Shown here: positions 7,087 to 15,982 of the stretch, piece by piece | How the letters are laid out: each line of letters begins with the position of its first letter | Numbering within the stretch: the first letter of the stretch is position 1 | Virus record (IMG/VR): IMGVR_UViG_3300009788_000282 | Span: 1 to 25,382 of that record | DNA: 25,382 bases | Direction: 5' to 3' (one strand) | From: a virus | Lineage: Duplodnaviria; Caudoviricetes | Position numbers and translations under genes: made by a program | Notes under the pieces: model-generated | What the model was told of the DNA's origin: nothing | Databases searched by the model: none | Seen by the model: only the letters and a program-made list of their open reading frames with translations

Positions 7087-9798
7087 CTATGCGTAAGTGA
7101 CAGCAGTCCTATTTCCGCTTCCGTCTACTGTCACTGTAGCACGCACGTCGCTTCCTGTCAGCCCCACGAACACTTCCGTTCCTGTTCCAGCACCTGATAT
7201 CTTGCCTACAACACCTGCGGCAATGATCTCTAAGGCATTCGTAAGCTGCTTGCCATCTACGAGAACGAGGTCGAGCCCTGCGGCCGGTAGCGTGATATTC
7301 GATAGGCCAGCACCGGCCGTGCCGATCTCACCAGTATCAACCAGAATCGCATTGATATCCGCCCCGTTATCATTAGCAGTCTGAGCCGTCCCGCCAACCT
7401 CCAACACGTTGACATGGAATCCAGTCGGATCGGCCTGCGATTGCGTTTCCCATTCGTTGACCACGTTCTCTGTACTTGTCGTGGCGTCGGTAACTGTAGT
7501 TCCGCTGCTAGTGTCAGTCAGAGACGACGACACACCATATAGATTGACCGTCGATGTCGCCGTGCCGCTAATCGTCACGGGCCCAGTTATTCCGACAAAC
7601 TGCACTGTGCCGGCTCCGCTAAGCGTAAGCGACACAGATCGAGTGGTTCCCCGAATCTCGACATTCGCTCCACCCGTGGTGATGGTTGTTCCACCTCCCT
7701 CGGACACTTCGTGGGACATCGTAATGTCGCTGTCCAGGGTATAATTCGCCCCGCCATGCCAGCCTCGATTATTGATTCCAGTCGCCGAACCCAGGCCGGT
7801 CGCCACAAACACAGGAGTTCCCGAGCCTGGCACGACTGAATCGCAATCCTGGAAAATGTACTCACCTGCACTGCCAAAAGTAAACGTACCGCTACTGTCC
7901 CCAATTCCACATTCCTTGATTATCGACGGCGGTAACGTTACAGCACCGATTTGGCAATCAGTGAGCCTTGGACGAATAGATCCTGTCCCGATACCCGTGA
8001 CGGTGGCGCCTCTCACGCATGTTCCGGAAATCGAAAAACCTTCAAGTTGCAGAGCCCAACTTTCGTTGAATATTTCGTACCCTTCAAGGTTTGCCACCAG
8101 CTTAACAGTAGAGCCAGTCGAAACTCGGATGCGAACGCGACCGGAGGCAACGGCCATCGCTATCGTGTCCGTGATATTGCCGCTAGGATTGCTGACTGTT
8201 CCATTTGTGCCAATCTCCGTGCCTGGGTTTCCAGTCAACGTATTGAGGTGGATTGCCCCTCCCTCGTACCCCACTTGCTCGTCTAGTTCCCTGACTTGCC
8301 GACCTAGGGTGTTGACGCCGTTGTGCGTAGCTCCAGTGTTCACCTCGTCGAGAACGCCATCAACTACGTCGTAGTTGTTTTTGACAATACTCGTCGTGCC
8401 AGCGTCAGTGATGTTCCCGCTACTGTTGTTACCAAGGGTATTGTCGTATACCATCGCATCGGTTGAATCTGCCCCTATGTTGATTCCCCAACCAGTGGCT
8501 CCATGAATTGTATTATTACAGATAATCGTGTTTAAGATCGTCCCGTTCTCTATGAGGATCGATGTCCCTGCGGTGTCGGCAAACTCGTTGTTGAATATCG
8601 CATTGTTGCTTGCAGCTCCGGCCGTCCCGGAAATGTGGACACCTTGACCTGTCCCACCTACCCCAGTGCCGAGAAAATGATTGTCATGGATTCTCATGTT
8701 CTCGCCACGATTACAATGGATGCCGTCGCCCTGAGTATCGAGGAACCAGCAATGGTGGATTCGGTGGAAGTCGGCGTCGGTAATGTTGATGCCGTCACCC
8801 GCCCCCGTGCCAGCCGTTCCGATTTGCGCTCCACTAATTTCGATGCCATCACCAGTAACTGCTATCGTATTTCCCGCTCCCGTCCGGGTGATGATGAAAT
8901 CTCGCCCAGGTCCACGGATAAAGCAATACCGCTTACTGAGGGTTGTGGTAGCTGCCACAGTATGTGTAGTTACCCCTGCGGCGGCCCCTGCCACTAAGAA
9001 GCACACATCATGATTGCTGTCAGTAAATAAGTCATCATGAACGGCCTGAATAGTGGCGTAGGGCAGTGCTCTACTGCCGTCGCCCGTTGAGTCGTTTCCG
9101 TTGACGGGGTCGCAGTAGTATGCGTTTCCTTGCCATGTGTGATTCCCACGCTGGCTTTCGACCAGGTCGGCATTCCTGTCAATTTTCACATCAACGGCAG
9201 CAAGATCGGTATTAGTTGTGGTTGTCGCAACTAGCGTAACGTTCGCTACTGCATCGGCAGCCGGATCGAAGTAACTAGCAGCTAGGATCGTCCTGGCGGT
9301 TACCAGTGCATCGGTTGTAGAGTGAAGGCTAGCAGCGGTTCCGGCGACATCGGGTGTGACACTGTTACGGCTGGAGATGGCAGCATCCAATCTAGAAATG
9401 CCTGCACTTGTCGAATCCCGCAAATCAACACTCGTCAAGTCGATCTTCAACGGTCGCGTGATCGTGTTGTTAGCCGCTGCCGCACGCAAATAGATAATCA
9501 CGAAGTCAACACCCGCAGCTACCGCAGCATCAGGGATATCAAGCCGATACGTCCCAGGCATCTCGGTATCATCGACCAAGATGAACCCACCTGGCGTATG
9601 GGCAGCCGCCGCATTAGCCAACGTGAACAGCTCAAAGTCGACCCGAGCCGCCCCCTGCCTTTGAAAGCTGGCCGAGCCACCAGTCTCGATATCGGAAAAC
9701 AGTAGCCCTGTGGTGGGCTCGCCGGGGGCAGTTCCGGCAACGTCATCGACGAAGTAGAACGGCACAGTTACGTCTGTGGAACCTTCGGTTATAATCAT
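7087..9798 (-). CDS. Large right-handed beta-helix (pectin lyase-like) virion spike/fibre protein, 903 aa
   Basis: YYCDPVNGNDSTGDGSRALPYATIQ, then repeats such as GDGINI, GDGIHC, IHDNHF, IFNNEF, ICNNTI and VYDNTL; G/T-rich. Confidence 0.75.
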   Translation of the reverse strand: MIITEGSTDVTVPFYFVDDVAGTAPGEPTTGLLFSDIETGGSASFQRQGAARVDFELFTLANAAAAHTPGGFILVDDTEMPGTYRLDIPDAAVAAGVDFVIIYLRAAAANNTITRPLKIDLTSVDLRDSTSAGISRLDAAISSRNSVTPDVAGTAASLHSTTDALVTARTILAASYFDPAADAVANVTLVATTTTNTDLAAVDVKIDRNADLVESQRGNHTWQGNAYYCDPVNGNDSTGDGSRALPYATIQAVHDDLFTDSNHDVCFLVAGAAAGVTTHTVAATTTLSKRYCFIRGPGRDFIITRTGAGNTIAVTGDGIEISGAQIGTAGTGAGDGINITDADFHRIHHCWFLDTQGDGIHCNRGENMRIHDNHFLGTGVGGTGQGVHISGTAGAASNNAIFNNEFADTAGTSILIENGTILNTIICNNTIHGATGWGINIGADSTDAMVYDNTLGNNSSGNITDAGTTSIVKNNYDVVDGVLDEVNTGATHNGVNTLGRQVRELDEQVGYEGGAIHLNTLTGNPGTEIGTNGTVSNPSGNITDTIAMAVASGRVRIRVSTGSTVKLVANLEGYEIFNESWALQLEGFSISGTCVRGATVTGIGTGSIRPRLTDCQIGAVTLPPSIIKECGIGDSSGTFTFGSAGEYIFQDCDSVVPGSGTPVFVATGLGSATGINNRGWHGGANYTLDSDITMSHEVSEGGGTTITTGGANVEIRGTTRSVSLTLSGAGTVQFVGITGPVTISGTATSTVNLYGVSSSLTDTSSGTTVTDATTSTENVVNEWETQSQADPTGFHVNVLEVGGTAQTANDNGADINAILVDTGEIGTAGAGLSNITLPAAGLDLVLVDGKQLTNALEIIAAGVVGKISGAGTGTEVFVGLTGSDVRATVTVDGSGNRTAVTYA

Positions 9799-11150
9799 CC
9801 TGCAAACCCCGCAGTAAGTTGACCGCCGCCTAGTATGGATGCCGCACCGCCGCCAGCCGGGTCTTCGTGCTGGACGGCCCCGATATCGAGATTTGTCGTC
9901 TGCCCGGGCACACCAATAGCTCCCGCACGAAGCACTGCCCCTGCTCCCGCTGTATTGTTCGGACGGAAATCATCGGCACCCTGGTTCTCGAACGGGTCAC
10001 CTGACAACTCTGTATTGCCGTTAATGAACGGCGTAACATTTACTGGCGATGTCGTGTTAAGGTGCGTAGCACAATCCCACAGCATAGAAGACGCCGTTGT
10101 GTTGAACCCGTAGCCGGTATTGCTGACAGATAGGCAGGAAAGGAACACCGTGGAGTTTGCACTGGCCTGGAACCCGTCGCCTCCATTGCCTTGTGCCGTG
10201 CAACGGTCAACGGTCACGCGGGAGCTAATAGTAAAACCATCCCCTGTGTTCGCGTGAGCTAGGCACCGACTGATAGTTACATCGTCCCCCGTCAGAGCAA
10301 ACCCTACGCCACACAAAGTTGCAGTACAACCGGTTGCCGTCGTATCGCCAATTCCGGCAAAACCTGACGTAGCACAACTCGTAGATAAGCAGTTGAATGT
10401 GGTGCCGCCAGTGAAACCAGTCGGGCAATCCAACGCTTCGCAATCCTTGGCATTGTTCCGGTTGTTTAGCGCCAGGTCAAAGCCAACAGTGCCGGCCCCA
10501 TCTTGGCCATCGGCTTTGAGGTTTTCGAGGATCTGGGGATTGGAAGAACTTGAGCTGGCCGCCTTCCACAGCGTAACACCAGTCTGTGCGTTCGCATCAA
10601 GTATGGGCTTTGCTCCGCCGTCTTCTCTCGTCACCTCGTAGCCGATGATGTGGTATCGCTCAGCGGCAGTTGGCAGGTGGCAAGGTCCGCCGGACGTGTT
10701 CGGCGTGCTGTTGGTTAGCGGGTAATTGCCAGACTCAACATGCCCCTTCATTCCGGCGACGCCGTCGATATCGAGCACGTTGCCCAGCTCGCCTGGCGTT
10801 GCTAGGGCACCGCCTACATTCAACGTGGCTCCTGTGCCAGCCGATAGACCAGTCGAGCGGTCAACGGTGATCGTGTTGGTGTCGCTGCGGGTGGCTATCT
10901 CGTATCGGTCGGCAGTGATGCTACCCGTGCCACCGGTAATGTAGAGCACGTTGCCAACCATGGCGGCCGTGAATCCGCCAGTAGCTGACGTGATGGTAGT
11001 CGTGCCGTTCGTCACCGCGTCGACTACCGCAAGCTGTGCGGCGTCCTGCTGGGAGTAGTCCGTCGTCCCGGCATCGGACTTGTAGCCGCCACCATTTACA
11101 TCGCTGGACGTGGTGCGGGTTTCCCAAACGGTTGTAGCCGATAACGACAT
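9795..11150 (-). CDS. Right-handed beta-helix virion protein, 451 aa
   Basis: ~22-residue CxAxxNxxxGF repeats, followed by DPF...DFRPN...DIGAVQ and a Gly-rich tail. Confidence 0.75.
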   Translation of the reverse strand: MSLSATTVWETRTTSSDVNGGGYKSDAGTTDYSQQDAAQLAVVDAVTNGTTTITSATGGFTAAMVGNVLYITGGTGSITADRYEIATRSDTNTITVDRSTGLSAGTGATLNVGGALATPGELGNVLDIDGVAGMKGHVESGNYPLTNSTPNTSGGPCHLPTAAERYHIIGYEVTREDGGAKPILDANAQTGVTLWKAASSSSSNPQILENLKADGQDGAGTVGFDLALNNRNNAKDCEALDCPTGFTGGTTFNCLSTSCATSGFAGIGDTTATGCTATLCGVGFALTGDDVTISRCLAHANTGDGFTISSRVTVDRCTAQGNGGDGFQASANSTVFLSCLSVSNTGYGFNTTASSMLWDCATHLNTTSPVNVTPFINGNTELSGDPFENQGADDFRPNNTAGAGAVLRAGAIGVPGQTTNLDIGAVQHEDPAGGGAASILGGGQLTAGFAG

Positions 11151-11151
11151 G

Positions 11152-11472
11152 TCAGTCTCCGGGATTCACAGCCACGCCGAGGATCGTGTTCAGTTTCGCG
11201 CTCCCACCCGCTTCGTAGTCGGTAGTAAGTTCAGTCAGCCGATTGATGATGTTGTTTGCATCGGCTCCGCTGATGACATGCCGCCCGTCTACCGCAGAGC
11301 CGTCAATGATGACGTCCCCAGCCTCGTTTGGGATCAGTGACCCCATGTCGTTGGCGACCCACTCCTGCACTACCTCTCCCGCAAGGTTGTAGGCTTGGGC
11401 CAGCGTATCTGCCGCGACTCGGATCTTCTCGTTCGAGAATCGCACGGCTTCTGGATTGTCGATATTAGGCAT
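11152..11472 (-). CDS. Hypothetical phage protein (106 aa, starts MPNIDNPEAVRF)
   Basis: GGAG RBS before ATG 11472; overlaps the upstream ORF end and stops 1 nt before the next start. Confidence 0.75.
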   Translation of the reverse strand: MPNIDNPEAVRFSNEKIRVAADTLAQAYNLAGEVVQEWVANDMGSLIPNEAGDVIIDGSAVDGRHVISGADANNIINRLTELTTDYEAGGSAKLNTILGVAVNPGD

Positions 11473-11677
11473 TGGTTTCTCCCCTATTTGCTGGCGTGAA
11501 AACACACTGAATGAACGACGACCCGTATGGTACTGCAACGCCCTCGAATGAGCATTCCAGGAACTCTCCACCAGCTCCGACTAACTCGCACTCAAAGAAC
11601 GCACAATGCTTGAACACGTCCCCCGACGACACTTCTACGATATCTCCGTCGTGAAATTCCCCGACCCGATCAAGCAT
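11465..11677 (-). CDS. Small protein with FxxCxF solenoid-like repeats (70 aa)
   Basis: GGAG RBS; FKHCAF, FFECEL, FLECSF and FIQCVF repeats. Confidence 0.65.
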   Translation of the reverse strand: MLDRVGEFHDGDIVEVSSGDVFKHCAFFECELVGAGGEFLECSFEGVAVPYGSSFIQCVFTPANRGETNA

Positions 11678-11708
11678 TGGCTTTCTCCGTTAGCGTAAAA
11701 CAGTAAAG

Positions 11709-11760
11709 AGCAACACCGAGCCTCGACTCTCGCTCGCCCTGCCGATTCAGGGGTGTTGCT
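11709..11760 (-). terminator. Branched (three-way junction) stem-loop followed by a U-rich tract
   Basis: AGCAACAC/GUGUUGCU encloses CCCUG/CAGGG and CGAGC/GCUCG, and is followed by CUUUACUGUUUU. Confidence 0.5.
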
Positions 11761-11766
11761 GGTTGG

Positions 11767-12369
11767 TTATTCGGGGTCGCAGTCATTCCCGACGTGATAC
11801 CAGAGGTCAGTGGCTGCGCTGTCATACCAGTACTTCGCATCACTTAGTTCATCCTCAGCGTCCTCGTAATCCCTCTCAGCGCCACTCCCAGGACCATTCA
11901 GGCCGTGTAGAAGAGTGTCGGCGTCACGGTAGGCCCAGTATGCGGACTCTAACTCGCTTTCGGTAGACTCCCCGTCGCCTACAATGTTGTTAGCATATAC
12001 TAGTTTCTCGGCAATCGCATCCCACTTTGCTTCTCCGGCCTCCCAATCCCCTTCCCCGTCTTCGTAGTTAGAGTAGGCGTAGCCATTAACGCTACTTATG
12101 CTGACGTATGCAGCCGCGAAGTCCTCGAATTCCGCCTTGTGATTTGGTTTATCTTCGCACTCTGAGTACCCCTCCCAGGCAAACGTCTTCTCGGCGGCAG
12201 CAGCTATGTATTGGGTCTCGGCTGTATCTCTTTTTGCGTCCACGCGATCGAAGATAATATATGTTAAGACCTTTTGGAATTTAGCAGACGTCCTCCAATC
12301 AGCCTCCACCGACCCACACATCACCACCCCAACCAGCACCAAACCCAACACAACATTTCGCAACTTCAT
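11767..12369 (-). CDS. Secreted acidic alpha-helical protein (200 aa)
   Basis: GGAG RBS; signal-peptide-like MKLRNVVLGLVLVGVVMCGSVEA|D; D/E/A/Y/W-rich mature part. Confidence 0.75.
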   Translation of the reverse strand: MKLRNVVLGLVLVGVVMCGSVEADWRTSAKFQKVLTYIIFDRVDAKRDTAETQYIAAAAEKTFAWEGYSECEDKPNHKAEFEDFAAAYVSISSVNGYAYSNYEDGEGDWEAGEAKWDAIAEKLVYANNIVGDGESTESELESAYWAYRDADTLLHGLNGPGSGAERDYEDAEDELSDAKYWYDSAATDLWYHVGNDCDPE

Positions 12370-12421
12370 AGTAAATCTCCCAGGTAAAGTAAACGCACCG
12401 GCCACGCCAATGCTAGTTTTC

Positions 12422-12928
12422 TCACGACTGCTCAACCAGAATCCAAAAGCCCCGCCACTGCCCGCCAGGCAATTGCCGTTGACGGCTGACTTCGTATCCT
12501 AGCTTACGGAAATGCTCTTCTACGCGGCTTCGCAGATCATCGGGCAAGTAGTCGCTCGACGCGGCGGGAACACAAATCCATTCTCTCTGGTCGTCCGAAA
12601 CTTCCTTACAATCAATGGCGTCTTGAACGAGAGCAATCACGCGGTTGACTTCTGCCGTTTCTCCCGCTGGTCCGAGTTGGGAAATCTTGAATCCATTGTC
12701 CTTGATGGCGTCGGCGTTCTCGTCAATTCGCTTGTCTTGCTTCTCTTCGTGTTTAGCGGACGACTCAAAGTGAGTGTCTTGCTTCTCGCCGATGTTTTCC
12801 AGGGTTGTGATTACAACGTTCTGCTTGCCGTACATCGCAACCGCAGGAGCAATCACCACAGCAGCTATCGGCACCACAATTGCAAGGACTGACAGCACTG
12901 GTAGATTCTCTTTTTTCTTTTCGCCCAT
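12422..12928 (-). CDS. Single-pass membrane protein with coiled coil (168 aa)
   Basis: Basic N-terminus, hydrophobic stretch VLSVLAIVVPIAAVVIAPAVAMY, then a charged helical segment. Confidence 0.7.
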   Translation of the reverse strand: MGEKKKENLPVLSVLAIVVPIAAVVIAPAVAMYGKQNVVITTLENIGEKQDTHFESSAKHEEKQDKRIDENADAIKDNGFKISQLGPAGETAEVNRVIALVQDAIDCKEVSDDQREWICVPAASSDYLPDDLRSRVEEHFRKLGYEVSRQRQLPGGQWRGFWILVEQS

Positions 12929-12962
12929 GTGTCACCTGAGGCCGCCTTGCGTTAGTGTTTTT

Positions 12963-13339
12963 CTAACTGAGTAATGTTGGCAATGAGTCACTGAACCTAG
13001 CAAGCATCACTGTACGTCGACTCACTCGGTTGTTTATGTCTGGTGTGCTGTTGAACCCACCACTTTTTTCAACTCAACTGGAGGTGAAGCCACAGTGTCT
13101 AGTGTGCCCTCCCACATAATGCTTCCATTGGTAATATCCTGGTTCACCACCACTTCAGCAACGACCGAGATTACGTTGCCGTTGCCATCGGGAATCTCTC
13201 TCTGAACGTTCTGCCATCGCACGTCAATCTCAGCGGCAGCCGCTACCTTGGGTTCGTTCGTGTCGTCGTCTACTTCAGTCGCCGAAGCAGCCCACAAAAG
13301 AGCTTTCTGAAACAAGCAATCGTTTTCGGGGTTCGGCAT
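12963..13339 (-). CDS. Head closure (stopper) protein with an apparent frameshift near 13050-13070
   Basis: Follows the adaptor gene by TAATG. The ORF stops at 13034, but the -1 frame continues FNSTPDINNRVSRRTVMLARFSDSLPTLLS* to 12963. Confidence 0.65.
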
Positions 13340-13746
13340 TATTGGCGTTCCTCGACTGTAAGCTGACTTCCAAGCGGAGTGCCCAGCCAGGTCAACCCAA
13401 TAGACTGCCCCTTGCCTACGGATGCGAGGAAGCCCGAGATATCAAGATCCTTGGCTGTTTGCCCCCACGGAGTGAAGTCAAGCCCCTTGCCGGTCTCGCC
13501 ATAGAATGTTGCGCTCGCGTCTTGTGTCTTCTTCGCAAGGTACGCAGGATCACGCAGAGAGTAATAATGAGCGGCGAGATTCGCCTCTATCTGCTTGAGC
13601 AAAGCAGAGTTCAGAACACCAAGCGAGTCATTGCTAGACACCTTGTCGGTCAACGCAGTCGCAATATCAACATACGGTTGCATGTTGATTTGGTCGTTAT
13701 AGTCAACCAGCGACTGAACTTCGTCTAAGGTAACTCGCTGTGCCAT
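13339..13746 (-). CDS. Head-tail adaptor protein (135 aa)
   Basis: IEANLAAHYYSL and GLDFTPWGQTAKDLD motifs; GGAG RBS before MAQRVT; two genes after the capsid. Confidence 0.8.
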   Translation of the reverse strand: MAQRVTLDEVQSLVDYNDQINMQPYVDIATALTDKVSSNDSLGVLNSALLKQIEANLAAHYYSLRDPAYLAKKTQDASATFYGETGKGLDFTPWGQTAKDLDISGFLASVGKGQSIGLTWLGTPLGSQLTVEERQ

Positions 13747-13782
13747 TGCTTCGCTCCGTTCTAAACACAGAGGCAAAGCAAC

Positions 13783-14088
13783 CTAGGCGAGTTGCAGTTC
13801 CCCGTCGATGATGTTGAAGATTTCTTCCTTGCGAGTTGCGTCGCCAAGATCGATTTCCTCTTCCATCGCAAACTCACGAAGCTCCTTGATCGTCTTAGCT
13901 CGCAAAACATCCGAACCAGTTTGCTGGTTCACCGCTGCAAACTCTTCGATTAGCTGGAATCGCGGCCTCACCGAATCATTGTGCTTGGACAAATCCTTGT
14001 CAGTTTCGATTACGTCCTGACCATCAACCCCAGCAACGTAAGTCTGGCCACCCTCTTGGTGAACCCCTCGAATCAGTCGAAATTTCAT
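13783..14088 (-). CDS. Post-capsid protein with a C-terminal helix-extension-helix (Rho-N/LEM-like) motif (101 aa)
   Basis: KTIKELREFAMEEEIDLGDATRKEEIFNII; AAGGAG RBS before MKFRL. Confidence 0.75.
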   Translation of the reverse strand: MKFRLIRGVHQEGGQTYVAGVDGQDVIETDKDLSKHNDSVRPRFQLIEEFAAVNQQTGSDVLRAKTIKELREFAMEEEIDLGDATRKEEIFNIIDGELQLA

Positions 14089-14119
14089 AACATCGCTCCT
14101 TTGTGTTTGTTCTCCACCG

Positions 14120-14157
14120 AGGCTGCTAGGCGGGAGACAGGAACCACCTAGCAGCCT
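14120..14157 (-). promoter_or_regulatory. Stem-loop directly after the major capsid gene
   Basis: Minus strand AGGCUGCUAGGUGG-N10-CCGCCUAGCAGCCU forms a 14-bp stem; no U tract. Confidence 0.6.
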
Positions 14158-14169
14158 TGACAATCAATA

Positions 14170-15369
14170 TTAAGCCGGGGTCCCGTGGACGATACCGGTC
14201 TTCGAGACAGTCTGGCTTGTGCCGATGAACTGACTGCGAATGTTGGGCACCTGGATAGCCATGACACGGAAGTTCTTCATCATAGTTCCCACGCTATCCC
14301 ATCGCACAGTGGTCAACTCCATGCCGTTGACGGCACGAATCGTTTCCGACTGCATGTTCACCAGCAAAAGCGATGTGGTGTCATCCCAGAAGTCGAGTCG
14401 CTTAACTGCTGTGACCCCCTCGATTCGCTGGATTCGCTCGCGAAGCGTGAGGCTGGGGGACGCAAGGCCCTGGGCATCGGTGCCCTTGACGTAATCCTGG
14501 TCCATAAACTGATCCCAGTCGTTCGTCGTGTACAGCATGAACGGCCCGAAGAAGTTTTGGGCCTTTGCCAGGTCAAGCATGACCAACACTTCAGCCAACA
14601 CCGTCGAACTATTTACAGATGTCGGAGTAGTCAAATCTGTCTTGGTTATACGATCCGGGTGGTTCGTATAACCGTAGACCTTAGACGTGTTCTCCAGCTC
14701 GGTGCTGTCGCCAAACTGTAGGCCAGCCAGCGTACCGATGATCGTCTTTTCAATCGTATCGGCAACACGTCGAGAGGCTTGCTCACCCATCGTCGTGCTA
14801 ATCGGAACGCCCTTGGACGCACTGATTCCGATCTCTCGCTGGCTGTAATTGAACCCAGCATGTGTGATCGGCAGAGGCAAAGCATCGCGAGCGACAAGCG
14901 GGGTATCAACATTTCCGCCAGTCAGGTCGTACATGTCGACGTTCGCTTGGCCCGAGTCAGACCACTTCTCGAATTCCAAAATAGAATTCGACATTCCGGG
15001 AATGCTGAATGTGGCAGCCTTTCGAGCGTCCGACCATGCGCTCAAGCGAGGCCGGGCAGCTTTTTGAATCTGGCGATCCAGGAAAATCCAGTCGTCCTTG
15101 CGCATGGTGGTTGCGTTAAGCAACGGATCCATTGCATTTCGGGCGACAGCCTCAGCAACACGAACTTGCTGCCGGACTGGCTTGACATCGCCAGTATTGT
15201 CGTCAATTTCAAACTCGCCGGTGTTGATTGTAATGCAAACGTTGTCTCGCTTGTCGAGGTACGGTCGCATGAATCCCATGTCATACCGAAGCCGAGAAAG
15301 CTGTTGGGCAAATGGCCCATGGGCTCTTCCGTTTTCGACATAGTCGGTAACTTGGAAAGGCGTGAACAT
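14170..15369 (-). CDS. Major capsid protein (HK97 fold, encapsulin/linocin-like lineage), 399 aa
   Basis: TMRKDDWIFLDRQI, PLPITHAGF...REI, YGYTNHPDR, FFGPFMLY and FRVMAIQVP...GIVH motifs; AAGGA RBS; follows protease and decoration genes. Confidence 0.9.
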   Translation of the reverse strand: MFTPFQVTDYVENGRAHGPFAQQLSRLRYDMGFMRPYLDKRDNVCITINTGEFEIDDNTGDVKPVRQQVRVAEAVARNAMDPLLNATTMRKDDWIFLDRQIQKAARPRLSAWSDARKAATFSIPGMSNSILEFEKWSDSGQANVDMYDLTGGNVDTPLVARDALPLPITHAGFNYSQREIGISASKGVPISTTMGEQASRRVADTIEKTIIGTLAGLQFGDSTELENTSKVYGYTNHPDRITKTDLTTPTSVNSSTVLAEVLVMLDLAKAQNFFGPFMLYTTNDWDQFMDQDYVKGTDAQGLASPSLTLRERIQRIEGVTAVKRLDFWDDTTSLLLVNMQSETIRAVNGMELTTVRWDSVGTMMKNFRVMAIQVPNIRSQFIGTSQTVSKTGIVHGTPA

Positions 15370-15421
15370 TTTGGTTATTTCCTTGAGTTGAGTTGGTTGG
15401 GATTTTCGGTCTATCGGCTTA

Positions 15422-15937
15422 TTACTGGCCGGTGTACCTACACAGTGCGAGCGTGTCAGCAACCGGATCAGTGACGACCTCCAGACACTGGAATGGCTCG
15501 CTTTCGGGGTCGCCCGTGGTCACCAACAGCTTGCCGGTCCCATCATCGACCATGAGTGTGTCGCCAATCGCGTGATCGTCGCCAGTGCCAGCCACATCCT
15601 CAAGGAGCATGTTCAGGTCCTCTCCGGCAAACGGTACGTACATAAATGCACGATCGCCATCCGCATAAGCTTCGGTGGCCACTTTGCCCTCAAGCTTGTT
15701 TCGGTCCAGTACGTAAATGGTTCTTCGGTCACCATCCGCCCCGACGCCCTTTGCACCATCTGCGGCCGTCGTGCCGTAGGCTTCGTAGGTGAAGTCCATG
15801 CCAGACGGTCCGCCGGGAGTCACCGTCCACTTGATTTCCATCACGGTGCCCGGCTTAGGCGTACCCGAGATGATCCCTTCAATGAACCGACCTCGCGGGT
15901 CATCACTCACAATGATTTGGTTGCCTTTGGCCATCAC
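15422..15937 (-). CDS. Capsid decoration/stabilising protein (171 aa)
   Basis: Lies between protease and capsid genes; PKPG...AYADGDR...IGDTLMVDDGTGKL pattern; AGGAG RBS. Confidence 0.75.
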   Translation of the reverse strand: MMAKGNQIIVSDDPRGRFIEGIISGTPKPGTVMEIKWTVTPGGPSGMDFTYEAYGTTAADGAKGVGADGDRRTIYVLDRNKLEGKVATEAYADGDRAFMYVPFAGEDLNMLLEDVAGTGDDHAIGDTLMVDDGTGKLLVTTGDPESEPFQCLEVVTDPVADTLALCRYTGQ

Positions 15938-15982
15938 GCTTCTCCTTATTGAATATTGTTTCCCTGCTGAAAAGCGGGATGG

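Noticed and set aside
6455-7087. Group I intron around the HNH gene
   Set aside because: The flanking genes are complete and abut the HNH ORF, leaving no non-coding sequence for a ribozyme core.
14170-15369. Encapsulin/bacteriocin nanocompartment interpretation of the capsid gene
   Set aside because: It is embedded among terminase, portal, protease, neck and tail genes, so it is a phage capsid.
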